NCBI GenBank assembly: GCA_950097015.1
Contig: CATNEN010000039.1
Location: 434,001-498,000, forward strand
DNA length: 64,000 bases
Origin: Macrostomum hystrix
Taxonomy: Eukaryota; Animalia; Platyhelminthes
Direction of reading: 5' to 3'
The notes below the pieces were generated by a model that saw only the letters and a program-made list of their open reading frames with translations, was not told the origin of the DNA and did no database searches. The position numbers and the translations under genes are program-made. This document shows positions 14,129-24,008 of this stretch, piece by piece. How positions within the stretch are numbered: the stretch's first letter is position 1; every line of letters begins with the position of its first letter.

Positions 14129-15286
14129 TTAAGTGGACTTGGTCAGTTTCACGTCTACTGGATGATGATTCACAATTTCCACTACGGCCGTGCCATCTCT
14201 CATAGTGACTAAAGTTGGCATCATTTCCAACATCATTTCTTGAGTCTTCACTCCTTCTCCAATGGTTTCTACTGTCATAGGAGTTCCGTGGTTGCACTCA
14301 GCATTCTTAGCTAGTCTAACTGGGACTCGCAATGCACTATTAGCTGGGATCACGGTTTTCTCCTGGGTGTACACTCGACAGACTTTTACTGGCAAATGGG
14401 TGAATTGCATTGGGATTCGTGATCCTTCTTTCAGAATGAGCATTCCTTGGGCTAAGCTTATGCTATCACAGCATTCAAGGAAAAACTCCATGCCAAGGAT
14501 ATTGTCACACTCATGACTGCATAGCAAAAAGTCAATTTCGGCTTCTATATCACCAAATTTCACAGTGAGACAACTTTCTCCTTCTAGCTGAACTCGGGTT
14601 CCGTCAAAGGTGGAAATTCTCTTATTCGTACTTTTAATTTGGTCGGACTTTACTAATTTGGTCCAGACTGATTTACTTAGGAAACTATTTCTAGCTCCAG
14701 TATCCAAGATAAACTTAACATCTTGCTTTTTAATGGTTCCTATAACGACTGCTTCATAACCTTCTGGCTTTACTAACTCTACTTTAGCATTAGAAGCAAA
14801 AATTTTAGATTGTCTCTCACGTGTCCTTTGACTCTTGATTAGCTTCTTCCTGGCGGACTTCTGTGCTGGCGTGTCGTCTGCTGATTCTCCGGAATCTGAG
14901 TCTGTCTCATCGCTGGGTGCTGACACTGTGGATGCTGACATAACTGTTGGTACACTGGATGCTGACATAACTGATGCTGACGCGAATGGTGCTGACACAA
15001 CTGGTGCTGACGCGAATGGTGCTGATACGACTGGTGCTGACGCGAATGGTGCTGATACGACTGGTGCTGACGCGAATGGTGCTGACACAACTGGTGCTGA
15101 CGCAAATGGTGCTGGTAAATAACGAGCGGGTGCTGAAGCGTTCCGTGCATTACGCCATTTAGATTGGGAATAATAAATTTGAGTTTTGACAACTGGGTGT
15201 TGTCCATTCAAGGAGGCCTGGTATTCGAACAAGGTTCTTCTGGAGGGGCGTGGCCTCTGCTTCCGTCCCTCGAATCTCAGTTTCCC
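14129..15286 (-). CDS. Protease region of pol, entered by -1 frameshift from gag; ends at an in-frame TAA (14131-14129) in the same frame as RT
   Basis: Aspartic protease ILDTGA and ILGMEF motifs; frame is open from the slippery site. Confidence 0.9.
   Translation of the reverse strand, partial: GKLRFEGRKQRPRPSRRTLFEYQASLNGQHPVVKTQIYYSQSKWRNARNASAPARYLPAPFASAPVVSAPFASAPVVSAPFASAPVVSAPFASAPVVSAPFASASVMSASSVPTVMSASTVSAPSDETDSDSGESADDTPAQKSARKKLIKSQRTRERQSKIFASNAKVELVKPEGYEAVVIGTIKKQDVKFILDTGARNSFLSKSVWTKLVKSDQIKSTNKRISTFDGTRVQLEGESCLTVKFGDIEAEIDFLLCSHECDNILGMEFFLECCDSISLAQGMLILKEGSRIPMQFTHLPVKVCRVYTQEKTVIPANSALRVPVRLAKNAECNHGTPMTVETIGEGVKTQEMMLEMMPTLVTMRDGTAVVEIVNHHPVDVKLTKST
14973..15115. repeat. 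30-bp coding tandem repeat (APFASAPVVS x~5) between gag and protease
   Basis: Visible in DNA and translation. Confidence 0.9.
15243..15286 (-). other. Programmed -1 ribosomal frameshift signal: G GGA AAC heptamer plus 3' hairpin
   Basis: Gag ends CAG GGA AAC TGA; the -1 frame reads KLRFEGRK...TLFEYQ into the protease ORF; GAGGG...CCCTC stem starts 8 nt downstream. Confidence 0.8.
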
Positions 15287-16209
15287 TGCTGATTGAACTG
15301 TGGTCTGTATGGGAATCGATTTTGACCGTGTTGGGGCCTGGCAGAGGAATACCTTCCTTGGTAGTTCTGCTGCGGTCTCTGACCATAGGGGGCCTGTGGT
15401 CTATACCGATTTGGTTGGTAGGGCTGCTGAAAGCGCGCTTGCTGCTGCATAAGCGGCTGGGGCGGCTGATACTGCCTTTGATTTTCTGCTCTCCTTTTCT
15501 CCTCAATCAAATTCTGAATTAGTTGCTTCTGCTTACTAATCTCCTGTTTCTGCTGCTGGATCACTTCCTCTAACTTGTCCTGCTGACTCTCGCTTTCTTC
15601 TCCCTTCACCATTCTGACTCCACTCTTATGGGATAGGTGCCATGCGGCTTCAATCCTACGCAACATCCGTCTTGCTTCTTGCAGGGTCGCGGGCTGTGCA
15701 AATATCAACTTCTCTCTTGTCTCAGATGGGATCCTAGTTCCTTTTAGAAACTGTTCCACAACTTCCTCCTCTCTTTGCTCCGCGTTCATGTTAGGGAATG
15801 CCCTTGTTGCTAGCTCAATGAGGGCGTCGGCAAACATGTCTGTTGGCTCATTACGTCCTTGCATTCTTCCACGAAACTCCTCTCTAAATTCGGATGCGCT
15901 TCCTATTCTTCCAAATCGCTCTATCAGTCTCTCCCTAAACTCCTCATAGGTTAGATCGTCGGGTAGATTTAGTCGTTGGACTGCAGCGAAAGCTGTTGCT
16001 AGATCAAGGTTGGCTAAGAGCTCATTCTTTCTGTGCTCGTCCTGATTTAAACCTTCAGTATCGCACCTTTGGTCAAATGCAGTTAGCCAGATTCTAATGT
16101 CTTGACTTGGAGTGTACTTTTGGATCTTAATATGCCTCATTGGCCCTAGTTCAAGTCTATTTCTTAGCTCTTCGGCTAACAATCCGATAGCGTCATTTAT
16201 TCCTGCCAT
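15277..16209 (-). CDS. gag: Gag (310 aa)
   Basis: First ORF after the PBS; retrotransposon gag-like motifs (W...F, L.ERF, R.QG..E....F...L..LA..AFP, EQFL.G). Confidence 0.9.
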   Translation of the reverse strand: MAGINDAIGLLAEELRNRLELGPMRHIKIQKYTPSQDIRIWLTAFDQRCDTEGLNQDEHRKNELLANLDLATAFAAVQRLNLPDDLTYEEFRERLIERFGRIGSASEFREEFRGRMQGRNEPTDMFADALIELATRAFPNMNAEQREEEVVEQFLKGTRIPSETREKLIFAQPATLQEARRMLRRIEAAWHLSHKSGVRMVKGEESESQQDKLEEVIQQQKQEISKQKQLIQNLIEEKRRAENQRQYQPPQPLMQQQARFQQPYQPNRYRPQAPYGQRPQQNYQGRYSSARPQHGQNRFPYRPQFNQQGN

Positions 16210-16251
16210 TACGGTCGGTCTGTTTGTGTGTTTGACTGAATTCTAATCCTT

Positions 16252-16265
16252 CACCGCTGCTACCA
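16252..16265 (-). other. Primer binding site TGGTAGCAGCGGTG, probably tRNA-Leu
   Basis: Starts with TGG 3 nt inside the 5' LTR; near-complementary to the CACCGCTGCCACCA 3' end of eukaryotic tRNA-Leu (one mismatch, recalled from memory). Confidence 0.75.
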
Positions 16266-16268
16266 AGT

Positions 16269-16887
16269 TGTCGTAGGGCCCTTTTATCTTCTTGCTTTTC
16301 CTCTATTAATCTCTAATTACTTAAGGTTTAGTTTGTAACTTTTTGGTAGGATTATCTTAACTATGGGTTTATTTATTCATAAATGACTTCTAAGTATCAG
16401 CTTTTGAAAGGAAAGACCTCTTGTTGTCTGTTATATCTATAGGTAGCGATTTACGTGTGTCCGAGCGGCAAGACACTTAATTAATACTGGTCATAACGCA
16501 CAAACTTTATTGATAAATTTGCTACAATACGTACTGATTTGAGTTTTCCAGTCCTAATCAGGTTACCAATGGACTAGAGTTGCCCAGTCAATTACACAAT
16601 TTGAATAACTCCTGGCTTTTGGTTCTATTACAGCTTGGCTTTATCTCAATAGGAAGGTATGAAATGAGTAAGACACTTTTAACGATAATATGTAAAACAC
16701 TGTTTAACTCGCGAGTGAGCGCGGAACTCAGGTTGTCTTTCTCCTAAAATTCCCTCTATATTTATAGGATCACATTGGGGTGGCGTACCCCACTAAAACA
16801 CGGAACCATTTAAACAAAAATTATACGGTAACATTATTTCGCGCCAATTTGACTTTAAAATGTTTTGATAATTATTACGCTGCCTCA
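16269..16887 (-). repeat. 5' LTR (TATAAATA at 16766-16759; AATAAA at ~16511-16506)
   Basis: Direct repeat of 7839-8457. Confidence 0.97.
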
Positions 16888-17039
16888 CGAATGAGTGAAG
16901 CAATACGTCTATCTCTGTCCATTGATAACTAGGCCATGGCTGCAATAAATTCCGGTTAAATTAATGTACTAAATGAGGGGGCCTACATATTACATGAAGT
17001 TAAAAAACTATTCATAATTTAAAAAACAATTCGGTTTTG

Positions 17040-18252
17040 AGCTTAGAAACTTTGTCCGACTCGGAATATTCCGACAGTTAATATGTTAGGCTTATACATT
17101 ACCTGTCGGCCACCCGACGGCAATAGGCTAGGCTGGAAAAAGATCAAAATATCTCCAGGTTTGCCTTGCAAAAGCTGCGCTTTCCCACTTTCTTCCAGGT
17201 ATCATTGCCTGGGAAAAGTCAAAGACAAAGATTTATTCATATTAGTATTAGCACCAATATTGTTTCTACTATGCTTATGAAACCTAACTCAAGAGCTTAG
17301 TGACTTTTAACTCAAAAGCTGGGTTGTCCATTGCTAGGTATTCTTTATCCCAGTCAAACTAGACCCTCTTCATTTTCAACAAATTTATATTTTATAAAAG
17401 GTAGGCCTAGTTGTTATTTGTCCAGTTAACCAGACAAATAGCCATTTGATTATATCCGGTTAATATGTTAACCACCCAAGGACTTAATTTCTCCCCTTTC
17501 AACGAGCAGGAGCAACGATCCTCCCAAAGACCACTCTTGCCTTACTGAGAGCCATCTGGAGTCTTGACTTCACAAAGACCATACTATACCCTTGAACAAA
17601 GTTAGTCCCTGAAACAACCAAATTTCTGGAAAATGTTTTAATTTTTTAATTAGCTGATAAGCAAAAATAATTTGAGACACAAACTTCAAATCTGAATGAC
17701 TGTCCTTTTGCAGCTTGTTAATTATTTTATCTTACAAATAATAGAGGTTCTCATGGTAGTGCTACAACCCCTTATAACTTAGTTATAAGTTATAACTCAG
17801 TTAACCGGACAAATAATCAAATGGCTATTTGCCCAGTTAACCGGACAAATAACAACTGCCTTTATAAAAAGCTATCCCTATGCATTGCATCAGAGCTGCA
17901 CTTTTCCTAGGCAATGATACCAAGAAAGCGGGAAAGTGCAGCTTTTTCCAGGCAAGCCTGGAGATATTTTGATATTTTTCCCAGTCTAGTCTATTGCCGT
18001 CGGGTGTGTCGGCATATTCTGACAGTTATTCTAACTCAAAATTACATGCATGTATGTAATAAGCTCTCAGACAGATATTCCGACTCGTAATTAACTCGAA
18101 GTTTCAAGTTGGAATAACTGTCTGAGTGTGTATTTAAACAAACTGACTTTCAAGTCGGAATAACTGTTGGAATATGCCGACAAGTAATGTATAACACATT
18201 AACTGTCGGAATAAGTATTGGAATATTCTGAGTCGGACAAAGTTTCTAAGCT
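17040..18252. mobile_element. Non-autonomous foldback/MITE-like DNA transposon, Mutator-like
   Basis: Ends AGCTTAGAAACTTTGTCCGACTC...GAGTCGGACAAAGTTTCTAAGCT; 9-bp TSD TCGGTTTTG (17031-17039, 18253-18261); internal arms also inverted (~17110-17220 vs ~17900-18006; ~17390-17460 vs ~17800-17870). Confidence 0.9.
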
Positions 18253-19752
18253 TCGGTTTTGGCATCCTCAAATTTCAGAGTTGAAAAATGTAAATTATAT
18301 ACCTGAATTAAGCACTTCAAGCTCCTTCCGGGAATATAAATCTTGTCCCTCAATCTTGAAAAACAAAAGCACCATTCACAGTTGAAATTTAGTTGTTTTT
18401 TGCCCCAAGAAACTTTCAATGAGTACAATATTTTCTGCCAACTTTAAGAGGCCTACCAATTTAATCAATTGAATTTGGAGTGCACTAGTCAATATGCAGT
18501 TGTATATTGAACAAATCAGACCTATCACATACAGATACACATCATATGTAGACTCACATACCCTCTTTCTACAAATAAACAAAGGCAGTTAAAATGTGCA
18601 AAACCTACTTTCCACCCTATTAACTACTGCTAACCTCCACTTAAGAGAAAATATACTAGACTGATAACACAAAATGTTGGCGCAACTCAAAATGTTAAGC
18701 CAATTTGTCTTAGCAGGAAGTAGTTGGCCTTGCTGATACAAAAAAATGTTTTTTTTTCGATGATCATTTCAAGTATCATTGGCCTTATTAAAAATCGTCC
18801 ATGCTCTATAACCTTCCTTCCAAAATTTCTTTCCTCACAATTGGATTTTTTGAAACAAAGTTCATGGACATGCAATAGGCAACTGTAAAATTCCTCTCAA
18901 AAGAATGCTATGCAAGGCTAACAACTGGCCTGTGCAACCATATAAGAAGAAAACAAAATGGGGTGCTATGCCATGCTATGTCAAGCCATACTACTCAATT
19001 ACATGTGGCACCAACTATAATTAAAAAATGTGCTTGACATATGTTTAAAATGTTGTGTTTTCCTATCTATATATATAAAAGTGAAAACTCTGTCTGTCTG
19101 TCTGTCTGTGTGTGTGTGTGCAACCTTTTGTCTTTATAGACGCCGAAACCGCTCAACTAAATCGCACCAAACTTTGCACATACCTAAAACCACCTACGCT
19201 GAGTGCAATAGGCTACTCAAATTCCCGAAAAATCATTTCCTTCCTGCTCAAAAGTGCAAAAAACTGCTCAAAAATCGTCAAAAAATCACTCAATTCGACA
19301 TATCGTCGCCCCACTTTGTCAGATTTTCTCCAAATTTGATCCACTTACACTTTACATGTTTTCCAATAATGCTGTCAATTTTGAACATCTCTACTCAATC
19401 CAGAGCAAAGCTGCATCATCTCAAAGTGAGTCACTTTTTGTTTTCCGAAGACAGCCACCCCAACTCCCCTCCGCCACTCTGCGGGCCAAATTTTATTACA
19501 GCCACCCCCTCCCTTCCCCGGGCGCCGAAGCCCCAGACTGTACATTGTATTTCAAGCCGTGAATGTACACAGCCCAAACCCCTAGACTGTCTCTCCAGTC
19601 GATATTTCTCTACAGCCAGCCTGGGATAGAAGAAAGAGAGAGGCTGGCGTACAGTGCTTTGCTAAAATAGAGGCTTAGCCTTTCCCACTGAAGATAAGAG
19701 AAAGATTTTTCAACACAGGTCCCCTGTCATTCGGACTACTTCTAACTTTCAG

Positions 19753-21430
19753 ATGCCACCTAAGAAAAGTTTTTTAAGTCGCTTGACTAAAGCAGCTCGA
19801 CGAGCAACAGCAAGGCCAAACGATGCAGTAGAAGACGGCGCAACAACAGCAGTACCTAGACCAAGCACCTCAGCACAGCCACAAGCAGCTTCAAGTGAAA
19901 ATGAAGCTGAGCCAGTCCAGCCCTATAACCTTCGACCTCGGACAAGAGCACAGACATCAGGCACCAGTGGAAGCAGTGCTGGAGCTGCAATAAGTTCTAC
20001 AGCCAGTCACGGCAGAGACGTAGATAGGCGACGAGAGCTTAACAGAGAGCGAACTGCCGAGGCCCGTCGCAATGAGACTGCAGTCCAGACACAGCAGCGC
20101 CAAGAACAGAACAGAGACCGGACTGCCGAGGCCCGTCGCAATGAGACTGCAGTCCAGACACAGCAGCGCCAAGAACAGAACAGAGACCGGACTGCCGAGG
20201 CCCGTCGCAATGAGACTGCAGTCCAGACACAGCAGCGCCAAGAACAGAACAGAGACCGGACTGCCGAGGCCCATCGCAATGAGACTGCAGTCCAGACACA
20301 GCAGCGCCAAGAACAGAACAGAGACCGGACTGCCGAGGCCCGTCGCAATGAAACAGCCAACCAGGCTGAAGTGCGTCGGCAGGATGATCGAGAGCGGCAT
20401 AGGGAACGCGCTGAGACCTTCCAATTTGTTGGACCACCCCCGGCCCCAACAAACCCCAACGTTGACGAACCTGATCAGCCAGCTGGCCCACGTCCTTGGG
20501 CACTGAATGCGGCTCTGAGTTATGATCCCACTGTTGTCTATGGTGTCCATCCTAAACTTGCGATGGCGAGAATGTTGGTCAAATGCGCACGCTGCAATGC
20601 ATTAAGATGGGCCAACGAAACTCCAGGCATGTGCTGTTCCAACGGAAAGGTCATACTTGAACCTTTGAACGAGAACCTGCCACCATGCCTTCGGCATCTG
20701 TTGCTGGGTGAGACAGAAGAATCTGAGCACTTTCTGTCTAATATCCGGTGCTACAACAGCTGCTTTCAAATGACTTCTTTTGGAGCTAAAAGTATTGTCC
20801 GTGAGCCAGGGTTCATGCCTGCATTCAAAGTCCAAGGTCAGGTGTACCATGACAGGATCATTGCTACCACTGCCTGGAGAGGAGCCAAAGTTCCAGCAGA
20901 TCTACTTCATGGGAGATCATCAAGAGCAGGTTGAGCGCCGATGTAGAATCGCTCCAGGAGTGCGTGCCAACATTGTATTTGAGTTACAGGAAGTCCTGCA
21001 CGAGAAAAATAATTATGTTCGTCAATTTAAAACTGCCATGGAGAGGTTGCCACGGGACACAGAGGAGCACAGAGTAGTCATTCGTGCTGATAAACGGCCT
21101 GCAGGCCAGCATGAGAGGAGATATAACGCACCAGTTGTTAACGATGTCGCAATTCAAATTGTTGGGCAGGAATTTGAGAAGCGAGACATTGTTCTGCAGC
21201 TGCGAAGCAATCAGTTGCAAAGGATTTCTGAGCTGCACAAAGCCTATGATACATTGCAGTATCCGCTTATTTTCTGGGACGGAGAGGATGGGTACCACAT
21301 CAACATCAGGCAAATTGACATTCGCACTGGAAACCCATCGGCGACAAAGAATGTGTCAGCAATGGACTTCTATGCCTTTAGGCTAATGGTCCGAGAAGGA
21401 AGCTTCCTGGATCTGCCACTGACTGTATAG
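19753..21430 (+). pseudogene. Truncated, frameshifted Helitron RepHel N-terminus
   Basis: CxxC...CC..GKV, NIR.YNS.FQMTSFG, FKVQGQVYH, GSLLP, RRYNAP, YD.LQYPL.F..GEDGY, VSAMDFYAFRL; frameshift near 20850; no HUH or Pif1 helicase motifs. Confidence 0.88.
20041..20351. repeat. 69-bp coding tandem repeat (RRNETAVQTQQRQEQNRDRTAEA) in the Helitron ORF
   Basis: About 4.5 near-identical copies. Confidence 0.95.
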
Positions 21431-22551
21431 AGGAGTGGCTAAGAGACATGTTTCTAAAGAAGTAATCAAGAGGGGGCTGTTTGGACAAACTTTTCACTTA
21501 TTTTTTACTTAAAACGCACTTAAACAAACTCTTCACTTTTCATTAATGCAGTAAATAAATAAATGGTGACCTTCACTATAAAGTTAATACAGAGACGTGA
21601 ATTGCTTACTGCTTTGCTTTAAATTTCTGCCCCAAAAACAACGGGCAAAAAAAAGCTAGTATAGTATATAAGTTTCATCATTGAGTTGCCAAAACTTTAG
21701 CAAGTGGTATCAAAGTGACATATACACAAACAACAAATATGAAAGTGAGTATGTTTAGAATACATTTTTCTACCCTTTAGATCTCTAAGCAATACCAACC
21801 ATGATTTAATATGATAGACTAGATAGCTGTCCTGTCCTTAATATCTTGTTCATGTCTTGCTTTTGGATATAACAGCCATGTACCTAAGTTCTAGAATTAT
21901 AGACATGACCACTATGTTTATAAGCAAGTCACAACTCTGTTAGGAATTAGGACATGACAACCCTTGTGATTTCCATAATTTTGAAGTTTATTGGTAGGGC
22001 TTAGTAGTCATGCCCCTGGCCATAGACCCTAAGTGTGGCAAATAAATCAATATCAAGCTGGCCCAATATAATAGTTTATGACTATATTGCATAACTTGTC
22101 TAGCTGAGTAAAGATTTTAGGTTTATCTACTATCTATAATACTAGACCTATAGTATATAGTATACAATATTAGTTAATAATTATATTTTCAAAATTTAAA
22201 TAAGAAAAAGTGATGCTAACTACTCCCAAAATAAGGGTATTTGTTAGCCATAAGTAATTTTTCAAGTTTCTAAAATGGTTTTAAAGTGTACAACCTTGTT
22301 TTTGGCTTGTTAGTTAATAAATAGTTTATACAAGAAAACAATACTTGATACACATATAAACTAGCCAATTACCAATCAAGAAGTGGAACTGCACCTTAGC
22401 ATTTAGGTAACTTTTAATCTAACAGATAAATATTGAAATAATCAATGGGAGTACTCATAATTTTACTCCTTTCTACATTTTTTCTATACTTTGAGTTATG
22501 CTTTTGTGGACATAGCTGTCATTTTTCTACTGGCTAACATCCTAAAACTGG

Positions 22552-23583
22552 AGGCTGCAGCTTCAACTGTTGTCAGTTTTCAGAGTCTTGCTGAAATCCT
22601 TGTGTGTTTAGATGGCTAGACTTCACATATAAAGAACTCCTAAAGCCACTTGCTGTTTCTCTGACCAACTTTATAATTCTAGTCAGGATAGAAGGTTGTG
22701 TCAAGAAGTCTAAGTAAAAGATCAATTTTTACCAGATTTTAACATTTCAAATATGTGGTTAACTTGCCCCCCTTTAGAGCAAAGAACCCTTTAACTTGTA
22801 TGCAAAAAATATTGACACTTTATTGTCATATAGCTAGCTATTCATTTTTTGTCATATAAGTTAATTTCCAATATAGTTACAACCTCAGTAAGTTCATAAA
22901 AGTTAAAGGATTCTGGATCAGTATTAGTCAATGCTTAGATATCAGTCATTGAAAGGATTCATATTTTCAGGATTTAAAGTCATGTCTGACCCCTAATTAT
23001 TAATGACATCCCACTAATAAGCAACAGGTCTCTCTTCAGTCAAGCAGAGAGGCTGTAATTTTATTTTGTGTCCTAAAGTAATTATTTACACTTGGTTCGA
23101 TTAAGTATGAATATATGTATAATTTTATATGGATCAATTATATAATTGATTGTGGTGTGGGCTGCCCTGCCCATGCCAAAGCTGGCTGTATGTGGAAGGC
23201 CTGCTAAGTTTAAATGCTGCTTTAATACCTATCCCTCCTGTGGAGTAATATTTAAAGTTTTCAAATATTTTATATTTGTTATATTTCATTTAATATGTTG
23301 TATTATGATCATAGTAAGTATAAACTTAGAAAACTAGTTATTTTAAATTTTTTAATTAATTTTATTTTTTTTAAAATAGTTTGCTGTTTGAAATATTTAT
23401 CAAAATCTGGTAAAATTGCTATTTTTCTTAGCCTTAACCTTCTATCATGACTATAGTTATAGAGTTGGTCAGAGTAACAGCAAGTGACTTTAGTAATACT
23501 TTCTATGTGAAGTCTAGCCATCTAAACCCAGAAGGGTTTCAGCAGGAAACTCTGAAAACTGACAACAGTTGAAGCTGCAGTCT
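22552..23583. mobile_element. Degenerate non-autonomous DNA transposon with ~200-bp terminal inverted repeats
   Basis: aggctgcagcttcaactgttgtcagttttcagag... (22552-~22752) is the imperfect reverse complement of ~23386-23583; TSD not resolved. Confidence 0.75.
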
Positions 23584-24008
23584 GGCATTTGTGCTTGCCT
23601 TGGCATTTTTATAAAATATATTTGCTTCATGTACTCATACTCCAAACCATACGCATCATCAACATGGAGACATGAAAACCATGGTTGTAACAAATAATTG
23701 ACACATTATTAAGCAAAATAAAGAAAAAGAAATAGCTATTCTATTTTTACAAATTAAGCATCTGTCTACTGCATATTTTTAATAGTCACTCTTTAGCAGA
23801 TTTTTTCCAACTGCAGCCACGTATCTCCTTTCCCATATTGTCTTTGCTTGCAGTCGCTTGCGAGTTATCAATCTGCAGTGTCGGGTTCCAAAGCAGCGCA
23901 ATCCACATTGACTGGAGTCTTCAAACTGGGCATACAATATTGGCCCTTTTCACAGACGCATCATTGAGGACTGCCGCCTGACCTCCGGGGCTGACCTCCG
24001 GGGCTGCG

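Larger units (their letters stand above)
7839..16887 (-). mobile_element. Full-length Ty3/Gypsy LTR retrotransposon (9,049 bp) with gag, pro-pol and an extra ORF3
   Basis: Two 619-bp TG...CA LTRs; 4-bp TSD CGAA at 7835-7838 and 16888-16891; PBS and PPT present; domain order PR-RT-RH-IN. Confidence 0.97.
19066..21659 (+). mobile_element. Internally deleted Helitron
   Basis: A|TCTATATATATAAAA 5' end with (TGTC)n/(TG)n; 3' gccc...gggc hairpin remnant then CTAG|T; no TSD; RepHel N-terminal coding sequence inside. Confidence 0.9.
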
